From the sequence record ON190024.1: a stretch of DNA of 64,000 nucleotides; one strand, 5' to 3'. Below the pieces are notes generated by a model. That model saw only the letters and a list, made by a program, of their open reading frames with translations. It made no database searches and was not told the DNA's origin. The position numbers and the translations under genes were made by a program. Shown piece after piece: positions 28,073 through 37,494 of the stretch; the stretch's first letter is position 1, and each line of letters starts with the position of its first letter.

Positions 28073-28302
28073 CAATCTTTCTGATTGTATCATTCTTTCT
28101 AGGCGCTTATTTTATGAGCGAACTGCCGCCAGAATTACGATACAAAACAACATCGCCTAAGAAACTGTGGGCGGCTGCATCACGACTGCAACAAATTGCA
28201 CTTGTTGTCGGGTTTATTGGCGTGCTGTTCTTCTACTTGCTTCTAGGTCTAGCAGTTGGTTGGACTAAGGTTAAAGAATCCGACTGGAATCGCAAAGCAT
28301 GA
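28069..28302 (+). CDS. Membrane protein
   Basis: Two hydrophobic stretches; ATGA overlap. Confidence 0.55.
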   Translation: MTIFLIVSFFLGAYFMSELPPELRYKTTSPKKLWAAASRLQQIALVVGFIGVLFFYLLLGLAVGWTKVKESDWNRKA

Positions 28303-28469
28303 TAGTTCTTCAGCACGAAACTGATGGTTATGTCGTGCAATTCGGGTGTGACATTTGTTGCACCCCTGACATCGACAAAGCCACTGAGTTTGCATCCATT
28401 GATGTCGCACAAGAATTCAAAGATCAATGGGACTTGTGGGACTGGGAAGTTAGAGAGGTCGGCTTATGA
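28299..28469 (+). CDS. Small hypothetical protein (56 aa, not in ORF track)
   Basis: ATGA overlaps at both ends. Confidence 0.55.
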   Translation: MIVLQHETDGYVVQFGCDICCTPDIDKATEFASIDVAQEFKDQWDLWDWEVREVGL

Positions 28470-28654
28470 TGCGTAGGCATGAAATTCAAGAACTAGTTGA
28501 ACGTCGCGGGTTTGAATTTCGCGAAGCAATCAATGAATACAGCGAATCACGTTGGCAAGTCATCGACAATGGTACAGTGATCTACGAATCATACAATGAA
28601 TACTGCATTGAAGCATTCTTGCTTGGCGTAGATTACATCACAGACGCAATTTAA
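28466..28654 (+). CDS. Hypothetical protein
   Basis: GAGG SD. Confidence 0.6.
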   Translation: MMRRHEIQELVERRGFEFREAINEYSESRWQVIDNGTVIYESYNEYCIEAFLLGVDYITDAI

Positions 28655-28683
28655 GCCGCATTTCGCGGCTTTTTGAGGTTCAT

Positions 28684-28986
28684 ATGAAGAAACAAATCTT
28701 AAACATTCAGCGCGACGATGCGAAATTCGAGCTATATCGTCAAGGTCAAGCTGCTCGCCACGCTCGTGGTGAAATTATTCGACACGTTGCAAAGAATCAC
28801 AACCCATTTCTAGTTGGTCAATACACGCTTTACAAAGAGCACGACGTGAAAATCGTTCGTCAGTTGCTGCGTTATGCTGAGATAGATGCTGATGTGCGAG
28901 TTGTCCCTACGATTGGTCGTTTGCCAGACTGTTTGAACGAAATTCACGGAATCGGATTCGAGGTAACGCTAAATAATGATAGTTAA
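28684..28986 (+). CDS. Hypothetical protein
   Basis: GAGG SD. Confidence 0.65.
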   Translation: MKKQILNIQRDDAKFELYRQGQAARHARGEIIRHVAKNHNPFLVGQYTLYKEHDVKIVRQLLRYAEIDADVRVVPTIGRLPDCLNEIHGIGFEVTLNNDS

Positions 28987-29269
28987 CATTGCTCATCATT
29001 CTTTTGATGTGTACATTGGTCGCGGCACACCGTTCGGAAATCCATTCAAATCAGGGATCGACGGCACTCGGAGCGAAGTTATTGAGCTTTATCGAGAGTG
29101 GTTGCGCATTCAATTACAAGACGACGAATTTAAAAAGCAGTTTATGCAACTAAAAGGAAAGATTCTCGGCTGTCATTGTAAGCCAAAAGCGTGCCATGGC
29201 GATGTAATTCTGGAAGAACTTGATAGATTGAGCAGTCCACTAAACAATTTCATAGGTACCGATATATGA
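28976..29269 (+). CDS. DUF4326-like protein
   Basis: DVYIGRGTPFGNPF, LKGKILGCHCKPKACHGDVI. Confidence 0.75.
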   Translation: MIVNIAHHSFDVYIGRGTPFGNPFKSGIDGTRSEVIELYREWLRIQLQDDEFKKQFMQLKGKILGCHCKPKACHGDVILEELDRLSSPLNNFIGTDI

Positions 29270-30099
29270 TAACCTTTAATGAACATCTAGTCGAAGCGAC
29301 ATACGACATAGATAATGCCGTTGATTACGTATACGATAAGTTTTTTCGTGATTTCATTGAAAATCTAGATTTAAACAATCTACCACCCATGCCAAGCGAC
29401 TTTGGGTGGATTGATGGTGATACATTTGTGGGTGATGTCAACAACAAAATAATCACACGCGCACACGAAATACATCCACTGAGTGAGATCACATCTGATA
29501 CAGGTGCTGGTAATGTGTACCGACCTAGTTCGGGTGTCATAAATGTAACAATCCCTAGCAGTGCATACTCAGCATACAGACAGGGGATTGTCAGACAGTT
29601 AAGCGCAAGCGACCAGCGATTTATCAAAAATGAGTTGACTGAAGCTCGAATCAAAGGGACCATCATGCATGAGATTTCCCACTGGATCAACGATTCGATT
29701 CATAATTTCAACATCTATGACCGCTCAACTAACAAGGGGTTGTCGAATTCTGCGCAATTGAAGAGAATGAACAAAGGCAAAAACAGAACGCATCAATTCC
29801 TGACCGATTACGAGCTTGATGCTCAATTACATGCAATTCTCCAATACATACGTGCAAACAAGAGAAGATGGGATTCGATGACGTTTGGTGAAGCTCTTGC
29901 TGAAATGCCATTTTACAATCCACTTTCACGTACTTTGACACGCGATGAAATGAAAGAATGGAAACGATACATGTACACTCGCATGGCTCGTGAAAATATT
30001 CTTGGCAATCGCATGAAACGAGCACGTTCGCTAGACGAGGCGCAATATGATTATGTCAATCAATGCGTCGATGAAAAAGATTCTGATATTTGGTGTTAA
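29266..30099 (+). CDS. Putative zincin metallopeptidase, candidate internal head protein
   Basis: IMHEISHWIND (HExxH) plus YELDA; N-terminus MITFNEHLVEA. Confidence 0.55.
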   Translation: MITFNEHLVEATYDIDNAVDYVYDKFFRDFIENLDLNNLPPMPSDFGWIDGDTFVGDVNNKIITRAHEIHPLSEITSDTGAGNVYRPSSGVINVTIPSSAYSAYRQGIVRQLSASDQRFIKNELTEARIKGTIMHEISHWINDSIHNFNIYDRSTNKGLSNSAQLKRMNKGKNRTHQFLTDYELDAQLHAILQYIRANKRRWDSMTFGEALAEMPFYNPLSRTLTRDEMKEWKRYMYTRMARENILGNRMKRARSLDEAQYDYVNQCVDEKDSDIWC

Positions 30100-30102
30100 T
30101 GT

Positions 30103-30396
30103 ATGAGAGAAGCAATTGCATTATTAAGCAACACGAGAATGGGATATACTGACATTAGCGCATTTGGCGATCCAGTATTATATGTTCATGCGGGACATGA
30201 GACGGTATTAAAAGTGCAATACACTGAAGATTGCTACTCATTTTACGACTACAGAAGCAAGTATCTTTATACAGAGCAGTCCATCGACGACTTAGAGATA
30301 CATTTGAAATCAATAGATGTCGGGTTAGACGATGATCTACCGTTAAATGGGAACATCGACAAAGACACGATACCAGACGGGGAATTTTTAGAATGA
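30103..30396 (+). CDS. Hypothetical protein
   Basis: ORF between candidate head proteins. Confidence 0.55.
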   Translation: MREAIALLSNTRMGYTDISAFGDPVLYVHAGHETVLKVQYTEDCYSFYDYRSKYLYTEQSIDDLEIHLKSIDVGLDDDLPLNGNIDKDTIPDGEFLE

Positions 30397-31313
30397 AGTT
30401 TAGTGAATATCAAAGAATAAACGAATCTCTGGATCGTCCTGCCAATTATAAACTGGTTAGAGAACTCCCAAACTTAAACGTGTATGCGTTTCAAGTTGAT
30501 GGTGTTTATTATGAAATAGACATTCAGAAATCAAACATACGAGAGCCTAATGGGATGCAGTCAATGAAAGCTGAAGTCTCATTCAAAGCACTCGACGGTA
30601 GTGGTTATCAACTAACCAAAAAAGACGATAAAACGGCACGAATTGTACTATCAACCGTAGTTGATGCTATCTTCAGCTTCGTACGCGAATACAATCCTGC
30701 TCAAATATTATATTCTGCATTCAACGATGCTGATCCGTCAGATGCTGCTAAACGACTTCGTTTATATCAGATCATGACTAAAGCAAAACTGCGTGAATTC
30801 CCCGAATATGATTTCCGAAACGTTGGGCGAGATTTCATCGTATACGATGTCAATTACCAACAACGAGTCGAGGAATTTTCAAGAAGAGCACGTCGACCAG
30901 TGGGGTATGAAGAAAGATCAGACCACGTTGAAGTAAATTTATCACACGCCAACGCTTTTGCGTTTATACGGGCGTTTGGTGTAAATGATGGCGACTCAAA
31001 GAGTGGTGTGCTAGGTAAAGGTCGAGCTTTCGTAGGCGCAACAAACGAAATTAAAGCACGTCTAAGAGTAGATCGTGTGGTGTATGAAATGTCTGATAGA
31101 GAAGGATGGCTTGCGGCTCTTCAGCACCCTATTTTTGACTATGGCGAGGGTCCTGAAGTTGATCGAACATATCTAGTCGGGGCATTTAAAAACTTCTATA
31201 TCGTGTTGACTAGTCAAACAAGTCTAAAAATATACACCGATGATGCTGCGTTTACAAAATATGTGAATGCTTTCGACGCGCCATGGTTAAACCCAGAAAT
31301 AATGGAATCTTAA
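30393..31313 (+). CDS. Hypothetical protein, paralog of 31316-32167, candidate internal head protein
   Basis: MKFSEYQRINESLDRPA; VLSTV..AI..F...I.YSAF...DA.KRLRLY. Confidence 0.7.
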   Translation: MKFSEYQRINESLDRPANYKLVRELPNLNVYAFQVDGVYYEIDIQKSNIREPNGMQSMKAEVSFKALDGSGYQLTKKDDKTARIVLSTVVDAIFSFVREYNPAQILYSAFNDADPSDAAKRLRLYQIMTKAKLREFPEYDFRNVGRDFIVYDVNYQQRVEEFSRRARRPVGYEERSDHVEVNLSHANAFAFIRAFGVNDGDSKSGVLGKGRAFVGATNEIKARLRVDRVVYEMSDREGWLAALQHPIFDYGEGPEVDRTYLVGAFKNFYIVLTSQTSLKIYTDDAAFTKYVNAFDAPWLNPEIMES

Positions 31314-31315
31314 AA

Positions 31316-32167
31316 ATGAAATTTAGCGAATATCAAAACGAGCTAACAGAAGCATTTGATCGACCAGCACCGATCACAGCGCGTCGCGGCAATCAGAGTT
31401 TTTTCATGATTGGTGACACTGAGTACATGGTCGGGTTGTATTACGACGACTCGAAAAAATCACTCGGAGTTGACTTCATGCATAAGCCGGGTGATTCAGC
31501 AACGTACTACTACAGCTTAGCCAAAGGCAACTCAAAAGACGCAATGACTGTTTTTGCCACAGTGATTGCAGAAATCAAGCGGCTTATGAAAGACAACCCG
31601 GTAAATAAAATCAGCTTTAGCGCGTTTCAAGATTCTGATAGCTCAGATGCTAAAAAGCGTTTCCGTTTGTACAAGCGTATGGCAGAACGTTTCAGCAAAG
31701 AGCTTGGGTTCAGGATGACCACGTATGGCGATTCTTTCGTCATGACACGTGTAAATCCTATTGCAGTCAATGTAGAAGAGCCGACTGGTTATGATACAGC
31801 GTGGGGTACTGAAATGCTAGATTTGTATGAAGTCAACGACGCTGCAATTGCCAAAGTAACAGAAGGCGATGGTGAATGGCGTTTGAATAACTGGAACAAG
31901 CTGATTGTTCGCAACGGTAAAGTAACGCTAACATCGGGCCCGATTCGAATGTCAGACGCTTGGTACGATGCGTTTTACGACTTAGAATGGTATCACGATG
32001 AAGAAGGCGAACAATGGTTCGATGATGAACAGAAGATCGCGATCATCAATGGTAAAGTTTGGGTCGTCAATGACATGGAAATTACTATTTGGCCAAGTAT
32101 TGAGAAATTAGAATTGCAAAGTGACTCGGAATTATCAAGCGGGACACGTCAATTGCTTGGATATTAA
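31316..32167 (+). CDS. Hypothetical protein, paralog of 30393-31313, candidate internal head protein
   Basis: MKFSEYQNELTEAFDRPA; VFATV...I.FSAF...DAKKRFRLY. Confidence 0.7.
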   Translation: MKFSEYQNELTEAFDRPAPITARRGNQSFFMIGDTEYMVGLYYDDSKKSLGVDFMHKPGDSATYYYSLAKGNSKDAMTVFATVIAEIKRLMKDNPVNKISFSAFQDSDSSDAKKRFRLYKRMAERFSKELGFRMTTYGDSFVMTRVNPIAVNVEEPTGYDTAWGTEMLDLYEVNDAAIAKVTEGDGEWRLNNWNKLIVRNGKVTLTSGPIRMSDAWYDAFYDLEWYHDEEGEQWFDDEQKIAIINGKVWVVNDMEITIWPSIEKLELQSDSELSSGTRQLLGY

Positions 32168-32170
32168 TCA

Positions 32171-32196
32171 GAAAGGTAGCTTCGGCTACCTTTTTT
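32171..32196 (+). terminator. Intrinsic terminator
   Basis: AGGTAGC-TTCG-GCTACCT-T run. Confidence 0.8.
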
Positions 32197-32276
32197 CGTT
32201 TTCAGAGCAAAAAACGGTTGCATGAAATGCTCAAAACCCCTATTATAGCTTCATCGAAACGAAAGAGGAAAACGAA

Positions 32277-32576
32277 ATGGATGTAACATCAAAACTTGAA
32301 TTGTCGATGAAAGAATTCGTTGACGTTCCATACAACGAGCACAAAACTCATTCTCTTGTTGGTCAAGCAAGTGAGCACATTAACTCGTACTACAATAATC
32401 CGGGTGAAATCGTGACTTCAAACGTCATGTACGTTGAAATCAACGGTGGTATTGTGTATGCTGTAACGCACTCTAAGAGTCGCTACCAGCTAACCAATGT
32501 GTCTCATGATGAGATTGCGCAAATGGTTAAAGCCGCAAGCGAACGCGGGATTAATATTCCGCTTTACAAAAACTAG
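32277..32576 (+). CDS. Hypothetical early protein
   Basis: TTGCAT-17-TATTAT promoter and ATCGAAACGA leader. Confidence 0.7.
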   Translation: MDVTSKLELSMKEFVDVPYNEHKTHSLVGQASEHINSYYNNPGEIVTSNVMYVEINGGIVYAVTHSKSRYQLTNVSHDEIAQMVKAASERGINIPLYKN

Positions 32577-32636
32577 AAAAATTGCTTTAATACAAACTGA
32601 TTCACTACTTTTGATTACTTTTGAGAGAAATATATT

Positions 32637-32951
32637 ATGACTACTATCGTAAACTTCACTGCTGCAATCGAACTAACTACTAAAGCTCTTGTTGAAACTA
32701 ACCGTATCGAGGGTCGTTTCTACAACTCACGCATCGGTCACGAGCAAGGTGAGCAAGCGAAAACTGACGCAGTTCGAGCGTTCAAAGTAATCGACAACAA
32801 AGTATATGCTGAAACTCGCAACTGCGTGTTCCATCTTCGCAATCTGTCTGCTCTTGCACTAGCTGACTTCAACACTATCAACGCACCAGTGTACATGAAG
32901 AAAGCCGATGCTGAGTTCGACGAAATGGTTAAAGCAGCCCTGTTCTCGTAA
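32637..32951 (+). CDS. Hypothetical protein
   Basis: GAGAG SD, highly-expressed-type codons. Confidence 0.7.
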   Translation: MTTIVNFTAAIELTTKALVETNRIEGRFYNSRIGHEQGEQAKTDAVRAFKVIDNKVYAETRNCVFHLRNLSALALADFNTINAPVYMKKADAEFDEMVKAALFS

Positions 32952-33403
32952 TGTACCCGAAGAATAAAAGCTATTATGACTTGGTGTATCTTGACATCGC
33001 CAAGTCATTTGCTAAGAAAAGCACCTGCAAGCAGAAGCAAGTAGGTGCTGTCATCGTCAAGAATGATCGCATTATCTCACACGGTTACAATGGTACGCCG
33101 TCAGGTATGCTTCACTGTAAAGATACCGCTGACTTCGGTGATCTAACCCACCGTCAATGGTCAGAAATTCACGAGATTCATGCTGAACAAAACGCGATTT
33201 GCTACGCTGCACGCGCTGGCATATCTACTGAAGGCGCGACTATGTACGTCACAGCGTCGCCGTGTCATAACTGTGCCAAGCTGATAGTCGCGGCTGGTAT
33301 CAAAATTCTCATTGTAGGTTCGATTTACAGCGGTTCGCAACCCGATTGGTGGCACTGGCTACGTGATCGCGGTGTGAAAGTTATTATGTTCGAAGACGAA
33401 TAA
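32951..33403 (+). CDS. cd: dCMP deaminase
   Basis: GYNGTPSG, HAEQNAI, SPCHNC. Confidence 0.9.
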   Translation: MYPKNKSYYDLVYLDIAKSFAKKSTCKQKQVGAVIVKNDRIISHGYNGTPSGMLHCKDTADFGDLTHRQWSEIHEIHAEQNAICYAARAGISTEGATMYVTASPCHNCAKLIVAAGIKILIVGSIYSGSQPDWWHWLRDRGVKVIMFEDE

Positions 33404-33457
33404 TGTTTAATATAAGTAATTCGGACTTATAATAGAGCTTTAACAAGAGAGAAACAT

Positions 33458-34384
33458 ATGAAAAGTACAATGTTTTTGAACAACATCACATGCATCGACC
33501 ATGCATGGGTTGATGATATGGGTGAAATGAATGGTAATAGCTACAATCTATGTGTAGAAATTACCGGTGAAGTTGACGAGACTGAACAAGTTGTTATTGA
33601 TTTCAGTGGTTGTAAGAAAGCAATCAAACATCTTGTGGATGATTCTGAATTCGCCATTGATCATCGTCTAGTCGTCGTTGACGGGTTTAGTGATGCAGTT
33701 CTTTCTCAAGTCGAAGATCGACTACGCATTCAAATCGACACGCCGGTCTTTCATGCAGTGTCCACGGTTGACGACTGGTATCAAGTCATCAAGCCGAGCG
33801 AATTGATTGAAGCCGACTTTAAAATCCCTAGCGATTCTCTGTACATGTCGTATGTTACTGAGTATCTTGAAGATATGCTGCTTGAACAGCTACGCAAGCA
33901 AGGTTATCCCGTTACACACGTCGCTGTAGAGCTTTCAGAGTCGTTTGACTTACCATCATGGGCAAACAGTCACGTTGAATTCAATTACGCTCACGGACTG
34001 CGTTCAAGCACATCATACGGATGTCAGAACATTGCACACGGTCATCGTTCATTCATTGCAGTAGATCAGCATTTGAACAGTAACGGTCGCAAGGTGCTGA
34101 AGCGCATTGCTAAAGAAATGAGCGGTTATATTGCTTGGTCAGAAAACATTCGCAAAGAAGATGAAGTGTCTTACACTTCAAAACGCGGCAACTTCTACTT
34201 GAGACACAGCAATATCAAAGTAATCCCGACGGAAACTACAGTCGAAAATCTAGCCAATTACATTGCAACTACATACGAAGAAGAGTTCCAACGAATGGGA
34301 GTTCAGCGTGTGTGGGTATCTGAGGGTCTATCAAAAGGCTCGGTTGTAGACATCAAAATCAACAAAGAATTGCTCTATAAGTAA
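33458..34384 (+). CDS. queD: QueD-like (6-carboxytetrahydropterin synthase fold), bimodular
   Basis: CIDHA/IDHRL, GCQNIAHGHRS, ETTVENLA; in que cluster. Confidence 0.75.
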   Translation: MKSTMFLNNITCIDHAWVDDMGEMNGNSYNLCVEITGEVDETEQVVIDFSGCKKAIKHLVDDSEFAIDHRLVVVDGFSDAVLSQVEDRLRIQIDTPVFHAVSTVDDWYQVIKPSELIEADFKIPSDSLYMSYVTEYLEDMLLEQLRKQGYPVTHVAVELSESFDLPSWANSHVEFNYAHGLRSSTSYGCQNIAHGHRSFIAVDQHLNSNGRKVLKRIAKEMSGYIAWSENIRKEDEVSYTSKRGNFYLRHSNIKVIPTETTVENLANYIATTYEEEFQRMGVQRVWVSEGLSKGSVVDIKINKELLYK

Positions 34385-34452
34385 TCAACAAATTAATGTT
34401 TAGTAGCACGTCTCGGCGTGCTATTATTGTTTTCTATCAATGAGGAAATAGA

Positions 34453-35121
34453 ATGTTAGACAAAAATAAAGTAGATCCAGTACTTGGACAAAAAGTTGAA
34501 GCGCATCTTCGTAAAATCGGGATGCACACGCCGACTGTTGAAAACGGTCTAACTGATGATGAAAAGAAAGCTATTCTTGAAGATCGTTTCACTGACATCA
34601 TGCAAGCTCTTGGTCTTGACTTATCAGACGATTCATTAGTTGATACTCCGAAGCGTTGGGCTAAGATGATGGTGAATGAGCTTATGAGCGGTCTATCGCC
34701 AGATATGTTCCCGAAATGTACTGCTGTAGACAACAAGATGAACTACGATCAGATGGTTTGTGAAAAAGGAATTACTGTTCTTTCTCAGTGTGAGCATCAC
34801 ATCGTAACAATCGACGGCTTTGCCACTGTCGCATACATTCCGAAGAACAAAGTTCTTGGTCTGTCGAAAATGAATCGCATCGTTGAGTACTTCGCTCGTC
34901 GTCCGCAGATTCAAGAACGTCTGACTGTTCAAATCGCTGAAGCACTGAAGTTCATTCTTGAAACTGAAGACGTAGCGGTATTGATCGACGCCAAACACTA
35001 TTGTGTGAAAGCGCGTGGTGTTGAAGATAACAACTCAAGCACAGTGACTAGCCACTTATCTGGTGCTTTCCGTAACGAACCAGAGGCTCGCGCTGAGTTT
35101 ATGTCACTTGCACGAGGGTAA
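34453..35121 (+). CDS. folE: GTP cyclohydrolase I
   Basis: DTPKRWAK, SQCEHH, GLSKMNR, RPQIQERLT, HYCVKARG. Confidence 0.95.
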   Translation: MLDKNKVDPVLGQKVEAHLRKIGMHTPTVENGLTDDEKKAILEDRFTDIMQALGLDLSDDSLVDTPKRWAKMMVNELMSGLSPDMFPKCTAVDNKMNYDQMVCEKGITVLSQCEHHIVTIDGFATVAYIPKNKVLGLSKMNRIVEYFARRPQIQERLTVQIAEALKFILETEDVAVLIDAKHYCVKARGVEDNNSSTVTSHLSGAFRNEPEARAEFMSLARG

Positions 35122-35124
35122 TTG

Positions 35125-36501
35125 ATGATAATTGAATACGTTATGTCTGCGACGGGTCATGCTCGTCTTGGTGCAGCACATAAGCTAATGGACGTGGTTG
35201 ACACGTCCTATTTGCGCGACATTCTAAATGCAGCGCAAGATCTCGACGGCGTTCACAAAATCAGTATGCTGTACAATGCATATACTGAAAAGAAAGTCGG
35301 TCATCAAATCAATGACTTGTTCGGTGATTCTGTATACAAGGTACACGTCGATTCGGGTGGTCTACAGATAGTCAACTTGGGTTTAGAGAACACGCCCGAA
35401 CTTCGCAAAGCAGTATACGAGAATCAAGCAGAATCTGGTGATATTGGCATGTGTTTTGACGAAATCCCATTGCACAACGAAGCAAAGGGTGGTGGCGCTG
35501 CTCGTATCAACACGAAAGACAAGGTCTTCATGTATGATCTAGCGTACAAGTACGGCGTCAAAACAGGTAAGAACATTCGCGCACAAATCGAAACTTATAT
35601 CGAGAAGGGTAGCAAATGCAAACCGTATATCATCTTACAAGGCAACTCAGACGACGACTTTAAAGCATTCAGTGACGGGATTATGTCTCAACTCGAAGGC
35701 GTTGAAGATCACATTGCTGGTTGTGCTGCTGCCGATACATGCATTGGTAATGGCGTACGTGAGTCTATCGACATGATGAGCGTCATTCCGAAACTCAACA
35801 TCCCAGAGAAAGCAAAGAAATCAGTGCATATGCTGGGAGTTGGCTCAGTTAAACGTCTATTGCCTGCTGTAGCACTTATCAGAAGTGGTTATTTTGGTGA
35901 TGACTTTCATATCAGCTATGACTCATCAACGCATACTGGATGTCTGACTAACCGAGAATACACAGACAAGCTTGGTCGCCGTCGTAAAATCTCAGGTCAC
36001 GGAATTATGAAAGATGGTAAGAAATTGCCTTCTCGTGAGCTTGATGAAATGCTAGATGAAGTGTGGGGTCGATTCGGTCATACTCTACCGCGTAGCAAAG
36101 AAGAGTTCAAGGAATTCGCGACACGTCTGTGGTTGAAAGAACTCGACAAAGAAACAATGACTGACGAAGATATTGTGTTTGAAGTTGCTTGCAACTTGTG
36201 TATAATCTTATCACAAGTCAACAACTTTCAAGCGATTATCTCTGAAACGTTTGACTTGAATACGCCAAAAGCTGCTGATTTGTCAGCGTTCTTCGGTGGT
36301 TCTATTGAGAAAAAAGAGCCGCAAGAGGGATTCAAGAAGTGGTCAGCGATTCGTCGTCTTGATGTTCTTGATAAACTACTTGACGTTAAAACTATCGAAG
36401 CATATGATCGCTGGCACAGTAGCTATGTTGATAGACTACCGTCAATGCGCATTCGTCGCGGCACAACTGCTGAATTCCCAGCTTTCAAAGAACAAGAATA
36501 G
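35125..36501 (+). CDS. TGT-like deazaguanine transglycosylase (DpdA-like)
   Basis: VDSGGLQ, MCFDEIP, ILQG, HMLGVG, SYDSSTH; inside que cluster. Confidence 0.75.
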   Translation: MIIEYVMSATGHARLGAAHKLMDVVDTSYLRDILNAAQDLDGVHKISMLYNAYTEKKVGHQINDLFGDSVYKVHVDSGGLQIVNLGLENTPELRKAVYENQAESGDIGMCFDEIPLHNEAKGGGAARINTKDKVFMYDLAYKYGVKTGKNIRAQIETYIEKGSKCKPYIILQGNSDDDFKAFSDGIMSQLEGVEDHIAGCAAADTCIGNGVRESIDMMSVIPKLNIPEKAKKSVHMLGVGSVKRLLPAVALIRSGYFGDDFHISYDSSTHTGCLTNREYTDKLGRRRKISGHGIMKDGKKLPSRELDEMLDEVWGRFGHTLPRSKEEFKEFATRLWLKELDKETMTDEDIVFEVACNLCIILSQVNNFQAIISETFDLNTPKAADLSAFFGGSIEKKEPQEGFKKWSAIRRLDVLDKLLDVKTIEAYDRWHSSYVDRLPSMRIRRGTTAEFPAFKEQE

Positions 36502-36530
36502 CGCCTTCGGGCGCTCTTTATGAGGTAAAC

Positions 36531-37439
36531 ATGAGCAATTATGATCAAGTTTCAGCTATTGCTGCTGAACATTTAGGTAAAAAAGCTGGCGATTACAGCG
36601 ATTTCGTTGACATCGTAGAAGTTCGCCCTGATTTACTCGTGCCAATCCCGCGTGAACTGAATCGAACTGACTACGGTATCACAAATGAAGACTTTGCAGG
36701 GTTTGATACGTGGCATGGCTTCGAAGTTTCTGCACTGACTGAACAAGGTCTGCCTGTATCAGGCATGGCTAAAGTAGTGTATCCGAGTGATTCACCGAAC
36801 ATCGTTGAAAGTAAATCAATGAAACTGTACTGGAACAGCTTCAACATGGCTAAAGTCGCTGCGACTCGTGCTGAAGTGAAAGATGCAATAGAAGCAATCG
36901 CGTCGCGTGATCTATCTGAAGTCATCGGTGCGCCTGTTCAAGTAAGTTTCTTCACTGAAAAACTAACTCAACCGCATGGTATGACTGGCTTTGCTGAACT
37001 GGACAAGTACGTTTCTGATTCGACTGTGTTTGACTCTGAGAGTGGGGCTGACGCTGATCTATTGCAAGAGTCGCACATCAAGAAACTGAAAGTGTTCACG
37101 CCTAATCTACGCTCTAACTGTCGCGTTACGCATCAACCCGACTTCGGTGATTTGTACGTATACATGAGCGGCGAAAAGACTCCGACTGTTGATAGTCTGA
37201 TGCAATACATCGTTTCTTTCCGCAAAGAGAATCATTTCCATGAAGAATGCGTTGAAATGATTTACAAAGCGTTGCTTGACAAGTTCGACCCGACTGAACT
37301 GATGGTCACCGCGTTATACACACGTCGCGGTGGTTGGAATATCTGTCCAGCACGAGCGACACACGAAGAGCTATTGCCAGAAGCACTTGGTAGTAAATCT
37401 GTCTCGCACACTAACGGAAGTTGTTTATTCCGTCAGTAA
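36531..37439 (+). CDS. queF: PreQ0 reductase, bimodular
   Basis: ESKSMKLYWNSF, SNCRVTHQPDFG, FHEECVE, YTRRGG. Confidence 0.9.
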   Translation: MSNYDQVSAIAAEHLGKKAGDYSDFVDIVEVRPDLLVPIPRELNRTDYGITNEDFAGFDTWHGFEVSALTEQGLPVSGMAKVVYPSDSPNIVESKSMKLYWNSFNMAKVAATRAEVKDAIEAIASRDLSEVIGAPVQVSFFTEKLTQPHGMTGFAELDKYVSDSTVFDSESGADADLLQESHIKKLKVFTPNLRSNCRVTHQPDFGDLYVYMSGEKTPTVDSLMQYIVSFRKENHFHEECVEMIYKALLDKFDPTELMVTALYTRRGGWNICPARATHEELLPEALGSKSVSHTNGSCLFRQ

Positions 37440-37494
37440 TAAGAGCTATGATGAGTGTTCAATTGTGAGCACTCATATACTTGAGAGGTTAAAA

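Noticed and set aside
37451-37476. Hairpin ATGAGTGTTC/GAGCACTCAT between queF and queC as a preQ1 riboswitch
   Set aside because: Lacks the preQ1-I loop and A-rich 3' tail; more likely a stability or processing hairpin.
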